Shown here in pieces: positions 38,397-48,465 of a DNA stretch of 57,473 nucleotides. How positions within the stretch are numbered: the stretch's first letter is position 1; each line of letters begins with the position of its first letter. The stretch comes from a virus (taxonomy: Duplodnaviria; Caudoviricetes), in IMG/VR virus record IMGVR_UViG_3300036985_006568, positions 1-57,473 of that record. The stretch is one strand, 5' to 3'. The notes below the pieces were generated by a model. That model was not told where the DNA came from, searched no databases, and saw only the letters and a program-made list of their open reading frames with translations. The position numbers and the translations under genes were made by a program.

Positions 38397-39821
38397 ATGA
38401 CATACTATATCCCTCCTGCAGGTGGTGGTGGTCTAACCATAGGGGACGTGAAAGCAGATCCAGATATTGCTGATTCTTTAGCAACTAAGCATACTCAAAA
38501 TATGGATACATATCTCAATAACCTCCCCGGAAATACATTTTATATTGATGTAAAGCGAGTTGATGCCTACACGGAAAATGGATCTATAACTAAACCATTC
38601 AAAGCTATTCAAACAGCGATAAATAAGGTCATATCAAATGGGGATAACACGCAAACTAATCCGTATGCTCTAAAGATAAACCCCGGAACTTATGTAGAAA
38701 ATGTTGTCCTAGAAAGTGCTAAGTTAGTAAGTCTAATAATTATTGGTCTAGGGTCAAGATTACAGGTTCAAATAAATCCGGCTAGTGGGTATTCTATACA
38801 ATCGATGGCGGACAATAGCAATTTAACGGATCTCCATATAGAAAATATCCAATGTATTAAACCAACTATGTTTGTTGGTAGTGCAAATGGAACCTATTTT
38901 GGTTTTAATCATTTCTATGTTGATTGTTATTGGCCTGATACAGCCCAGGCAACTTTCAAAAATATGACTTATCCAACATTTATGGGGTTAGTAACAAAGT
39001 TCTCAGGGGGTTTACTTCTTAGTAATATTACCCAGGTAAGTATTAATAACATCGGGGGATTTAAAACGGGGGCCTTTACAATTGAAACAAATGAAAGTGC
39101 TAATATGCCCTATTTGTTTGGAAATGGTACTGCAGTAATTGTAACTAGTGGAACAATAGCTAATACAACCTGGAGTCTTTTGAATATTGTCACAAAAACC
39201 GGAACAGCTTTACAAGTAAGAGGGGCCAGGCATGGGAGTGCAGGGGAAACTATCCCTGTAAATGCCACACTCCTAGCATATAATTCAACCCTTGTAGGTA
39301 ATTACGTCAATAATGGTTCACTCTCTCTTTATAATTCTTATGTAACAGGGACTGTAACAGGAAATGCTCCTGTACTTTATAACTTTGCTGCGCAAATCAA
39401 GAACGTTCCTGCAGGAACAATTGCCTCAACAACTGTTCAAGCTGCTATCAATGAATTGGATTCTGATAATGCGACTAAGGTTACCCTCGGTGGAGCATTT
39501 GCCATTAACCAAGCCTTCCAATTAGCAGCTGGTGTTACAATTCCGATTACCTCACTAGATGTTGTCTGTCCTGCAATTGACGGAATTATACTTGAGGCTG
39601 GTATACTTAACGCCATTGTTAATGCAGCAATGATACAGGGGAATAGGTACACAACTACAGTCACCCTTCCTACGCAAGAAGAACTTTGGCTTGGTCAAGA
39701 TGGTAAGATAACTGGTACAGTTCCATCCTTATTGGCTGGCGATGTTTGGCTAGTTTCACTCGGGCATCGAGATGATGCCACTCATTTCACATTGGATCCA
39801 CAAGATCCGATTAAGTTATAG
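38397..39821 (+). CDS. Fibre/spike-like protein (beta-helix-like)
   Basis: NGSITKPFKAIQTAIN..INPGTYVE motif; TIASTTVQAAINELD motif. Confidence 0.65.
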   Translation: MTYYIPPAGGGGLTIGDVKADPDIADSLATKHTQNMDTYLNNLPGNTFYIDVKRVDAYTENGSITKPFKAIQTAINKVISNGDNTQTNPYALKINPGTYVENVVLESAKLVSLIIIGLGSRLQVQINPASGYSIQSMADNSNLTDLHIENIQCIKPTMFVGSANGTYFGFNHFYVDCYWPDTAQATFKNMTYPTFMGLVTKFSGGLLLSNITQVSINNIGGFKTGAFTIETNESANMPYLFGNGTAVIVTSGTIANTTWSLLNIVTKTGTALQVRGARHGSAGETIPVNATLLAYNSTLVGNYVNNGSLSLYNSYVTGTVTGNAPVLYNFAAQIKNVPAGTIASTTVQAAINELDSDNATKVTLGGAFAINQAFQLAAGVTIPITSLDVVCPAIDGIILEAGILNAIVNAAMIQGNRYTTTVTLPTQEELWLGQDGKITGTVPSLLAGDVWLVSLGHRDDATHFTLDPQDPIKL

Positions 39822-39828
39822 GTGACGT

Positions 39829-41745
39829 ATGACAGTTAAAAAAGTTCTAGTTAAAAATTTAACAACAGGGGTCACTACCCAAGAAACTGTTAACATCAGT
39901 GAACTAGCTGGTGTTACCGTTACTAATCCAGTCACAGACGAGGTTATGAGATTTAATGGCAGTGAGTTTGTAAATGGACCAGGTGTTGCAACCTCTGCTG
40001 GTAAAGGTGTTGGATGGTATTATAATGGAACGCTTATTATAGGAACTGGGAATGATAACTCAAATCGTGTTGAGACAATTTCAAGTGTTCCATGGGTTGC
40101 AACAGAAAAGGTTGAAGATACAACTGTAACGGATGTTGGTCCAGTACTAGCAGATATCTATTTATATGATGTTGCTGTTGGTAGAGTTACCCTTGAGGCA
40201 GGGGCCTGGATTTTTTCTTGCTACGCAGCAGTGGATGCAACAAATGGTACCACTGAGTGCCTTCATAATATCATGCGCGTTCGTCCTGGAACCGGAACTG
40301 TAACATTCACTGATGGTGTAGATTCAACGCATAAGATCGTTACCTCGACGGATGCCTCTGCATTCCTTGCAGCAACTATTGATGTGGGTGGTACATTAGA
40401 TTCCGACTCATTCCTGCGCACCCCAAAAGGAGTATACAGAATCACTGAAAGAACTGATAACAGTCACTTGATTGTGTTAGTCCCTTCAACCTATACTAAA
40501 GAGGTTACAGTAGCTTTTAGCGTACACAAGAGATTGTTTCAGGTAACAACTGGTGATCTTAATAATACGGCAACATCACCTCTTTATGCTGGGATTCAAC
40601 TTATTACTATACACTCAGTTCAACCGGCTTATACTGTGTTGGCAACTGATAAGGTGGCAGTACATAGATTTGCTAAGACGGATAGTGCTGTTTCAAAACA
40701 TCTTTATTTTGCCTACGGTGGAGTTACTCGTTATTCCCGTATAGATACTCCTTTGGCTACACTTCATGGAGATCTAGCGGGTAAACAAGGCGGGTTGGGT
40801 TCTGTTCCCACTGAAGAATATTACCATATGAGCAAAGCTGAATATGACATAATGCATGCGGTAACAACTATTGGTAGTAACCTAATTAGACTTGCTAATC
40901 CAGGTGCTATAGCCTTCCCTCGTTTTAATGCAGATAATACACTCAGTTCTTTATCCGCGGTAGACTTTCGCGCGGCGATTGGTGGTACTGGAAACTTATT
41001 ATCTCCATTAGCTGATGCTGAGATTGCTATTACGACTACAGCCACACTTACACTTGGTCGCATGCATGTATGTAGTGGTACAACTTCAGACTATACAGCC
41101 ACACTTCCCGCTCTATCTAGTTCTGATCGTGGATTCGTAGGTGTGCGAATGGCTCCAGCTCTAACAAAGATGGTCACAATTCAAGGGGCTAGTGCTACGT
41201 TGATTGACGGAGTTAACACTCGCCCTATGCATAATAATGAAACGGCTTTTCTTCATTGGGATGGTGCCGCCTGGACTAAGTTTATGGGTAAAACCATCCC
41301 TATGAGAGGGGCTCTTGTTCGTTCAGCAGGAAGTGCAACTTTTGCTGTTAACACATGGACTGCTTTGATTAAGCTAAACACCTCTCTTTATAACCATGCA
41401 CCTGGTGCTTTCCAAACACCTTCTACATATAGGCATACAATCCTACGTTCTGGGGATTATGACCTACGTTTAGAATTTACAACTTATATAGATAATGCTA
41501 CTCCTTGTTCAGTATTACCTGGAGTATATAAAAATGGAGTCTTATTGGTTGCAAACTATGACTATGCTTTAGCTTCTTCTTTAACTGGAGGAAGAACGCA
41601 ACGAGTTGGACCTTTGACTATTGGCGATGTGCTAGAACCTTATGGTATTTATACAGGTGGTCTTTTTGGAAATAATTTTTTATATGATGATAGTGCTTCA
41701 CCAACATGCAACTGTTTTATGGTTGAGGAGAGATTCACATGGTAG
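39829..41745 (+). CDS. Tail fibre-like protein
   Basis: Thr/Gly/Val-rich; HGDLAGKQGG...EYYHM motif. Confidence 0.65.
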   Translation: MTVKKVLVKNLTTGVTTQETVNISELAGVTVTNPVTDEVMRFNGSEFVNGPGVATSAGKGVGWYYNGTLIIGTGNDNSNRVETISSVPWVATEKVEDTTVTDVGPVLADIYLYDVAVGRVTLEAGAWIFSCYAAVDATNGTTECLHNIMRVRPGTGTVTFTDGVDSTHKIVTSTDASAFLAATIDVGGTLDSDSFLRTPKGVYRITERTDNSHLIVLVPSTYTKEVTVAFSVHKRLFQVTTGDLNNTATSPLYAGIQLITIHSVQPAYTVLATDKVAVHRFAKTDSAVSKHLYFAYGGVTRYSRIDTPLATLHGDLAGKQGGLGSVPTEEYYHMSKAEYDIMHAVTTIGSNLIRLANPGAIAFPRFNADNTLSSLSAVDFRAAIGGTGNLLSPLADAEIAITTTATLTLGRMHVCSGTTSDYTATLPALSSSDRGFVGVRMAPALTKMVTIQGASATLIDGVNTRPMHNNETAFLHWDGAAWTKFMGKTIPMRGALVRSAGSATFAVNTWTALIKLNTSLYNHAPGAFQTPSTYRHTILRSGDYDLRLEFTTYIDNATPCSVLPGVYKNGVLLVANYDYALASSLTGGRTQRVGPLTIGDVLEPYGIYTGGLFGNNFLYDDSASPTCNCFMVEERFTW

Positions 41746-42110
41746 TCGGACTTTGGATTGATCGCATGGATGGAAATGGCCCACAGCGTAATCCAGCATT
41801 GACAGATGCAGAATATGAGGCCGGTCTTATTTGTCAGATGAATGATAATGTAAAGGCACTCTGGCAGGCAGCTCATGATTATGAGTATGCCGAGATTAGT
41901 GGATCAGCTATCGGGTTAATTGTACTGGGGAATCTGTCTTCTAAACCAAAATGTATTGCTGTTCAAACCTGGATAAGTTCTATTTGGACTTTGTATTATA
42001 CTAGAAAACCTTTAGTCACTTATACGTGGAATAACACTTTGTATGATTTCTCTTCTTGTGGATCATGTCCGCATACTTGTCCGGAATTAATGGAAGAGTT
42101 AGGATTCTAG
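41739..42110 (+). CDS. Hypothetical protein (possible fibre chaperone)
   Basis: Overlaps the end of the fibre gene. Confidence 0.5.
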   Translation: MVVGLWIDRMDGNGPQRNPALTDAEYEAGLICQMNDNVKALWQAAHDYEYAEISGSAIGLIVLGNLSSKPKCIAVQTWISSIWTLYYTRKPLVTYTWNNTLYDFSSCGSCPHTCPELMEELGF

Positions 42111-42111
42111 T

Positions 42112-43164
42112 ATGAAATTTAACCCAATCCAAAAGATATACATCATCGCAACAACAGGGGCGTTAGGTGATACTGTATCCACTTTTCCAACCCTTAAACT
42201 TCTAGTTGACCGTGGGCACATAGAAAAAATATTCGTTGATGGACGATTTTATGCCTTGTATCAATTATTCTTTCCACAAGAAGTTCTTGTTCCACTCTCA
42301 GAAGCCTCTATATTTATCCCGAAAGAAGAGATCACCTCAGATATTCCTAAAGAAAATATCGATCCTACCACTGGTGGAACTACCATCTTTGACTATCCTG
42401 TTAACCCAAACTTACCAATAATTAAAACATTACGTAATTTTCCTACATCAATCCATACCCACTTGGTTGATCACTTCTCAATGTCAATCTGTGACGCTAT
42501 GTTTAAGGAGCATCAAAAAGATTACCCATTAATTGATCCAGGTAAATTACCTATAAATAAGATGCTTGGTAGAAAATATGTAGTCATTGCTTACGGAGCA
42601 ACAACAGAACATCGTAGGATGCTGCCGGAAGTTCTTGCTGGTTTGGTTGATTATTTTAGTTCACGAAACATTGAGGTCGTGCTTATAGGTAAGCGAGATC
42701 ACGCTCTTAGATGCAGTAGCACAATTACTAATCCAACTTTTGATGCTATCCCCGAAGGAGTGATAAACTTTATCGATCAAACCACGATGCCTGAGGCTCT
42801 TGCCATCATACGAGAGTCTGAAATGGTGATAGGCTTAGATAACGGATTAATTCATATGGCTGCCTTGACAGATGTTCCTATTGTTGCTGGATATACAACG
42901 GTTGATCCTTACTACAGACTACCATATCGGCATGGAGTAAAGGGTTGGAATATATACACAGTTGAACCTGATTCAAATTGTAGGTACTGCCAAACTGAAA
43001 CGTTCTGTACATATGCTTTAAACTTTTTGAAATGTCAAACAAGAACTAAGGAGTGCATGAACTCCCTTACCTTAAATTCCTGGTTGTGCAAGATTAAACT
43101 AGTTGGTTCTCAATCTGAGACCATTTTTAAAAGGAGCCAGACATGGCTATTCAGAAGGTTTTAG
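42112..43164 (+). CDS. Glycosyltransferase family 9 (ADP-heptose heptosyltransferase-like)
   Basis: GALGDTVSTFPTL N-terminal motif; IGLDNGLIHMAALTDVPIV. Confidence 0.85.
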   Translation: MKFNPIQKIYIIATTGALGDTVSTFPTLKLLVDRGHIEKIFVDGRFYALYQLFFPQEVLVPLSEASIFIPKEEITSDIPKENIDPTTGGTTIFDYPVNPNLPIIKTLRNFPTSIHTHLVDHFSMSICDAMFKEHQKDYPLIDPGKLPINKMLGRKYVVIAYGATTEHRRMLPEVLAGLVDYFSSRNIEVVLIGKRDHALRCSSTITNPTFDAIPEGVINFIDQTTMPEALAIIRESEMVIGLDNGLIHMAALTDVPIVAGYTTVDPYYRLPYRHGVKGWNIYTVEPDSNCRYCQTETFCTYALNFLKCQTRTKECMNSLTLNSWLCKIKLVGSQSETIFKRSQTWLFRRF

Positions 43165-43682
43165 TAATCAACTCCACCACGGGTGTACGTGAGCAGTACA
43201 CCCCCATCGATACCTCTGCTGGTACCGCCTCCGCTGGGGCAATTGCTGCGTTGAGTGCTGATGGCAAGTGGAATGCTAACATGATTCCTGGTACCATCGG
43301 CCAGACCTCTATCGAGGCTGTTGTTGTTGGTGGGACCATTGGGGTTGGCAAGTTCGTCAATATCACCAATGATGGTACGGTTGCCCAGGCTCAGTTGGCT
43401 GATTGTACTGACGGAACGAAACCTGCGAATGGTTTCTGCCTCGTTGGTGGAACTAACACGGAAACTGTTACCGTGTATCTTGAAGGACGCAATGATGTTA
43501 TCGCGTCTGCAATCGCTGTGACTGATATTGGTGATCGTATCTTCTTGTCTACTGCTGGTGGAGTTACCCTTACTCCTCCTGCGACTACTGGTAACTACAT
43601 GCAGGTGCTTGGCCAGTGTCTTGCTGCTGATGGCACTACCACCAGCCTTGAGTTTGAGGCTGCTGAGGGCGTGATCATGTAG
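43143..43682 (+). CDS. Virion accessory (head fibre / cement-like) protein
   Basis: KPANGFCL, IFLSTAGGVTLTPPATTG..QVLG; AAGGAG RBS. Confidence 0.6.
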   Translation: MAIQKVLVINSTTGVREQYTPIDTSAGTASAGAIAALSADGKWNANMIPGTIGQTSIEAVVVGGTIGVGKFVNITNDGTVAQAQLADCTDGTKPANGFCLVGGTNTETVTVYLEGRNDVIASAIAVTDIGDRIFLSTAGGVTLTPPATTGNYMQVLGQCLAADGTTTSLEFEAAEGVIM

Positions 43683-43707
43683 TGTACAACTGCGAGGTCT
43701 ATCTGAC

Positions 43708-44376
43708 GTGTGTTGGATAGACCTTGCAAGTAATCCTAATTCTGTAACAACACCAGGTGTTGGTGCCACGCAAGGTGGATTTTGTTCAATTTTAGGTTGT
43801 GGTGGATACCATGCCTTAAATTCATTCTCTTTTGTGCAATCATCTGCCGATTTTATTGGTAGATTATCAATCCAGCATAGTAATTTTTATTGTGGAACAT
43901 CTAGGAGTCAAAAAACTGTTGAAGCTGGAAGTGTAAATACTATCGTTGATGTTGATAACAAATCCTTCGGCTTAAATTTTCAACCTGTATATTCTTCAGC
44001 TGGCGCTTCTGGTGGTAGAAGAATAATAGATAGTGCTGAAGAGATTCCCTGGACTCCTACCTTTGCTAACCTAGCTGTTGTTGTTGGCGATGGAGAGGCT
44101 ACATACACGGGGACATGTACAAGGATAGGGAGACGCTATGATTGGACTGCTAGGATAACCACAACAGGAACATGCACGACAGCTTCAACAGGTGGAAATA
44201 CAGCAATAGATAAGGCCCCTTTTCCAATATCTGTTCATTCACCTTTTAACGTCGTTGATAGTACCTTAGCAAATCTAGGTGTTGGTTGTGCATGGGCAGC
44301 GTCCAATTATCTAATGACGCCAACTTGGGCTGCAAATAGTAATGACATCTTTATGTCTGAAACGTGCGTTATTTAA
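43708..44376 (+). CDS. Fibre C-terminal-domain-like protein (start uncertain)
   Basis: WTPTF...GTCTRIGR motif typical of fibre tips. Confidence 0.55.
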   Translation: MCWIDLASNPNSVTTPGVGATQGGFCSILGCGGYHALNSFSFVQSSADFIGRLSIQHSNFYCGTSRSQKTVEAGSVNTIVDVDNKSFGLNFQPVYSSAGASGGRRIIDSAEEIPWTPTFANLAVVVGDGEATYTGTCTRIGRRYDWTARITTTGTCTTASTGGNTAIDKAPFPISVHSPFNVVDSTLANLGVGCAWAASNYLMTPTWAANSNDIFMSETCVI

Positions 44377-44387
44377 TCGAGGTTATT

Positions 44388-44840
44388 ATGGCTGCACCTA
44401 GCGCTTTGATCTTTTTTGAATCTTTCCGTGAATACTTAGTAGATGGCACATTCGATTTGAATGCTGACACCTTCATGTGTCAACTTCAAACGTCAACCTT
44501 CATACCTCTAGTATCTGCCATGACTGTACTTGCAGACCTTACAAATGAGGTTGCAAATGGGAATGGGTATACTACCGGAGGTAATCTCCTAGCTAGCGTC
44601 TCTTTATCTAGGGTGGCAGGTGTGGTTACCTGGAATGCGGCTGATACTTCCTGGACTGCTTCTATTGCCCCTTGGACCGCACGTTATGGAGTGATCTATA
44701 AATTAGGAACAGCAAATAGTAGGGTAAATCCTCTTATTGGGTATTTTCTACTTGACTCAGCACCTGCAGATATAACCTTTAATATTGCCGTTCTAACAAG
44801 TATTGAGTGGAATGCTGTTGGTATCTTTACCCTCACTTAG
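44388..44840 (+). CDS. Putative virion structural protein
   Basis: DTFMCQL..NEVANGNGYTTGG..ARYGVIY..LIGY..WNAVGIFTL. Confidence 0.65.
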   Translation: MAAPSALIFFESFREYLVDGTFDLNADTFMCQLQTSTFIPLVSAMTVLADLTNEVANGNGYTTGGNLLASVSLSRVAGVVTWNAADTSWTASIAPWTARYGVIYKLGTANSRVNPLIGYFLLDSAPADITFNIAVLTSIEWNAVGIFTLT

Positions 44841-45004
44841 GATACAGTTATGCTCATCCTACCTTGTCCAACACCTTCTATCTTAGTTTTGACAACACTA
44901 ATTCCTGTGTTGGAAAATGAGTCGTTCATCCTAGATTACGATGAGAAATTTGATGTAACTGAACCCTCACATCGTTATAACGCTTAGAAAGTAAACGAGG
45001 ATGT

Positions 45005-45325
45005 ATGATGATCCTATCTTTTAGTCCTAAGTCAACGACTGAAAAAATTACCCTCACTTTTAACTTTTCAACAATAGGAGTTATGGGTGGGGCGGAGTTA
45101 ATTATCTCACAAACCACAATTGTTGAAGTACAAAAAGGAATAGACCCTACACCTGCTAATATTTTAAATGGTCCTGCTAGTCTCGATCCAACTCATCCGC
45201 ATAGGATATTGCAAAGAGTTCAAGATGGAATTGAGGATGTGATATATCTTCTTATTATGCGAGTGACCACTAATTTCGGCAATACTTATGAGATGTACCG
45301 TTTACTCCGCATTGACAACCCCTAG
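45005..45325 (+). CDS. Hypothetical structural protein
   Basis: Last plus-strand ORF, convergent with the helicase. Confidence 0.5.
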   Translation: MMILSFSPKSTTEKITLTFNFSTIGVMGGAELIISQTTIVEVQKGIDPTPANILNGPASLDPTHPHRILQRVQDGIEDVIYLLIMRVTTNFGNTYEMYRLLRIDNP

Positions 45326-46833
45326 AGCCATTGTTTCCACCCGTCACCAGTTACAAGATCGGCAATTGTCTTCTTATCTCGTAGAGCTTTGATGATTTTT
45401 TCATCAACAGTTCCCCTGGAGATAAGGTCAATATAGGTTACATTATTCTTCTGGCCTATCCTATGTGACCTATCCTCACCTTGAAGCCTGACTTCGAGGT
45501 TATAATCATTACTGTAGTAAATAACGGTTGTAGCCGCCGTGAGTGTGAGGCCATAAGCTCCCGTACGATTTGCAACGAAGAACCTACAGTCACCGTCTGT
45601 CTGAAACCTCCTAACTGCAAGATCGCGATGTTCCTTAGAAGTTTCCCCGTAATAACTAACCACTGACCGTTCCCCATATTCCTCGCTAATGGCTTTGACA
45701 ATCGCCTGTATATCTGCAATGTATGTAGCGTAGAGTATGAACTTACCTGAACCTTCATCAATTGTATCAAGTAATACGGAGATTCTGTTATTGGGTAAGG
45801 CATGATTTACTCCTTCATCATCTTTAAGATTTCCACAAACTATTTGGTGAAGGCGTAGAATCTTTGTCAAAGCTAATGTTACTGTTGCTAGTTCCCCTTC
45901 CAATTCAGCATACGCGGCAGTCTTCATTGTTGCGTAGGCTTTTATCTGTTCAGGGGTAAGTTCTACCTCACGATATTCATAAAGTTTTTCCGGTAGATCA
46001 AGGCAGTCTTTCTTCAATACTCGAAATGACCAAGGTTTAATCTTCTCTGTAAGTTCATCTAGGTGACAGAATCCTTTTATCTTCCTAAATGATCTCGAAC
46101 CTAATATGACCTGTATCATCTCTGCATACCTTGCTCTAAAGGCAAAATAAGATGTAAATCCAAGTAGATGGTTTCCTAAGAAAGAGGCTTGAGAATATAC
46201 ATCGAGAGGATTATTCGTAACTGGAGAACCTGTCGCAATGCGACGATATCTACATAACCGCCCAATTTCAATCGCCGATTTGGTCCTATGCGCCTTAGGA
46301 CTTTTGATAGAAGTCGACTCATCAATCACCCCATATGTAAGATGCGTCTTACAAAATAACTTGGCAAACTTAGTCGCCTTGTCGTAGGCTAATGCTTCGA
46401 TATTCATAACAAAAATCTTTAACCCGTTAAAAGGTTGCATTAACTTAACATAGCTATGCTGTAATGAAGTTGAGGCGGCAGAATCCCAATACGTCATCTG
46501 ATAGTTGATATGTTCTGGAAGATGAACGGGAAATTCCTGATTAATCCAGTTTTTATAACAACCTTTATTTGCCCAAATAATTACAGCGTTAATCTTTCCT
46601 TTACTATATAATCGAGTAAGTTCATCGATGAAAACCTTTGATTTTCCTGTCCCCATCTCCATGAACAAGGCAAACTCAGCTTGATCTTCACTTTTCTCAA
46701 GAGCTGTTAGTTGGTGTTCAAATGGAGGAAGGTTAAATGAGTACTCACTTAGATTCAGTTTCTTTTTTGGAACTGAGACAGTGAGTGGAACCTCAGTCAT
46801 ATTTTTGTGCGGGACTAAATCAAAGATACCCAT
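45322..46833 (-). CDS. SNF2-family helicase
   Basis: MEMGTGKS, IDES, ATGSP, GLTLT, QGEDRSHRIGQ. Confidence 0.93.
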   Translation of the reverse strand: MGIFDLVPHKNMTEVPLTVSVPKKKLNLSEYSFNLPPFEHQLTALEKSEDQAEFALFMEMGTGKSKVFIDELTRLYSKGKINAVIIWANKGCYKNWINQEFPVHLPEHINYQMTYWDSAASTSLQHSYVKLMQPFNGLKIFVMNIEALAYDKATKFAKLFCKTHLTYGVIDESTSIKSPKAHRTKSAIEIGRLCRYRRIATGSPVTNNPLDVYSQASFLGNHLLGFTSYFAFRARYAEMIQVILGSRSFRKIKGFCHLDELTEKIKPWSFRVLKKDCLDLPEKLYEYREVELTPEQIKAYATMKTAAYAELEGELATVTLALTKILRLHQIVCGNLKDDEGVNHALPNNRISVLLDTIDEGSGKFILYATYIADIQAIVKAISEEYGERSVVSYYGETSKEHRDLAVRRFQTDGDCRFFVANRTGAYGLTLTAATTVIYYSNDYNLEVRLQGEDRSHRIGQKNNVTYIDLISRGTVDEKIIKALRDKKTIADLVTGDGWKQWL

Positions 46834-46846
46834 ATTCTTCTTTCTC

Positions 46847-48337
46847 CTACAGCTCGTAAAATCTAGGTGTTCTTGGTGTTACAATGTGGAGAGATTCTTT
46901 AGCCCGGGTGACTCCCACATAAAATACTCTGTGCTCATCATCGGGGTTTGATTGCATGCCATCATAGACCCGGGAGTAAACGTCAGATATGATTGCAACA
47001 TTATCCGCTTCCCCACCTTTAACTCCATGGATTGTAGATAGGCGAACCCTGGGTTTATTATCTAGATTCTCCCCATTAGTAAAAGCTGTGTTGAAATAAT
47101 CAATGTCATCAATGAACATCTTATCAAGTGTTACAGACCAATCTAAGTTATCTTTTGGTAAGTTACAGTTTATACAAAGCCACGAATAACTGACAAGTGA
47201 CTCATCATCGATATTCTTTAGACTTTTGACTTCCGTTTTTGAGCATAAGGATAGCATATTCTTTGCACTATCCACCCGGATGTCAATTCCTTTTTGAAGA
47301 AACCTGTAAGATTGAATGGCTTTATATTCATCCGACATAACAGGAGATTTATCAAATAATGCATAGTGGTATCCCTCCTGTTTACAAATTAATTCATACT
47401 GATACAACTGACGTCTGGAACGTGCAAGGCATAACCATTCTCCTGAGGATAGATCAATGTCTTCTACGTCAGGGTGATAGGTGAGAGTACCGATCGAGTC
47501 TCTTGGTTTAAATATCTTCTCTGATCTTTTTATAATATTATAGGAGATACTTGTAGCTTGAATATGTACGACTTGTGGTATTCTATATGATTGTGCAAGG
47601 ACCAGGCGATCCCCAGGCATGTTGATGAAGTGGGCCACATCTGCTCCTGCCCATGCAAAAATTGCTTGATCGTCATCCCCGGCGAGGTAAGTAATGCCAC
47701 TGTTCGAGGCCAGTCTTTCAATGAGGAGCCACTGTAGTGGTGATAGATCCTGAGCCTCATCAACAAACAAAACGTCAAGATTAGGAAGAGAGCCTTCCTC
47801 ATAGCATTGACTAAGAATGTCTGTGAAGTCATAGAGAGAGTTTCCCTTCTTGTAGTTATTTATTGATTCAGCAACTTGTTGTAGTTCAAACCAATCCACC
47901 CTGTCATCATTCATCTCTTCCCATTGTTGCCGAAGAGAGACTCTCCGAAGGCGCGATAGTCCCTCGATGAAGATAAGGTTATCCCCGGGAAGCGCCCCTG
48001 AGGAAGATCCTTCGTTGAAGTCGACTGAGGTCGTAAACTCAATTCCCAACTGATTAGCAATCTCACTATAGTTCTCTTTTTGCATGAGCCTGTTATGCGA
48101 CCATCCCAATTGACGAAAGGCGAGAGAATGAAGTGTACGGAAATACGGCGTCTCTTCCTCGAGAAGATTAAAACGCGATATGGCACGATCTCTACCCTCA
48201 TAAGCTGCCTTCCTTGTAAAACTGATAAAACCTATCTTACTAGGATGTATTCCCTTCTCCAGGTAACTCTCCATTTGATTCAGAAGATAGGTTGTCTTCC
48301 CCGTCCCAGGGGGGCCCAAAACAATATGTATCGGCAC
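46847..48337 (-). CDS. UvrD/Rep-like SF1 helicase
   Basis: GPPGTGKTT, VDEAQD, GDDDQAIF, STIHGVKGGE, YVGVTRA; GTG start after GGAGAG. Confidence 0.93.
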   Translation of the reverse strand: MPIHIVLGPPGTGKTTYLLNQMESYLEKGIHPSKIGFISFTRKAAYEGRDRAISRFNLLEEETPYFRTLHSLAFRQLGWSHNRLMQKENYSEIANQLGIEFTTSVDFNEGSSSGALPGDNLIFIEGLSRLRRVSLRQQWEEMNDDRVDWFELQQVAESINNYKKGNSLYDFTDILSQCYEEGSLPNLDVLFVDEAQDLSPLQWLLIERLASNSGITYLAGDDDQAIFAWAGADVAHFINMPGDRLVLAQSYRIPQVVHIQATSISYNIIKRSEKIFKPRDSIGTLTYHPDVEDIDLSSGEWLCLARSRRQLYQYELICKQEGYHYALFDKSPVMSDEYKAIQSYRFLQKGIDIRVDSAKNMLSLCSKTEVKSLKNIDDESLVSYSWLCINCNLPKDNLDWSVTLDKMFIDDIDYFNTAFTNGENLDNKPRVRLSTIHGVKGGEADNVAIISDVYSRVYDGMQSNPDDEHRVFYVGVTRAKESLHIVTPRTPRFYEL

Positions 48338-48465
48338 GTTCTCTCCAACGAGGAGGGTTGTATTCACAAATTGTTTCCCATGTTTCACAATTAAGTTGAA
48401 GCATACAAAATGCAGTAAAATAGTGACATGTCCCACATGTCCTTCCTCGCGGAAGAGAATATAGG

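Noticed and set aside
43161-43769. 202-aa antisense ORF (likewise 17470-18081)
   Set aside because: Antisense shadow of well-supported plus-strand genes
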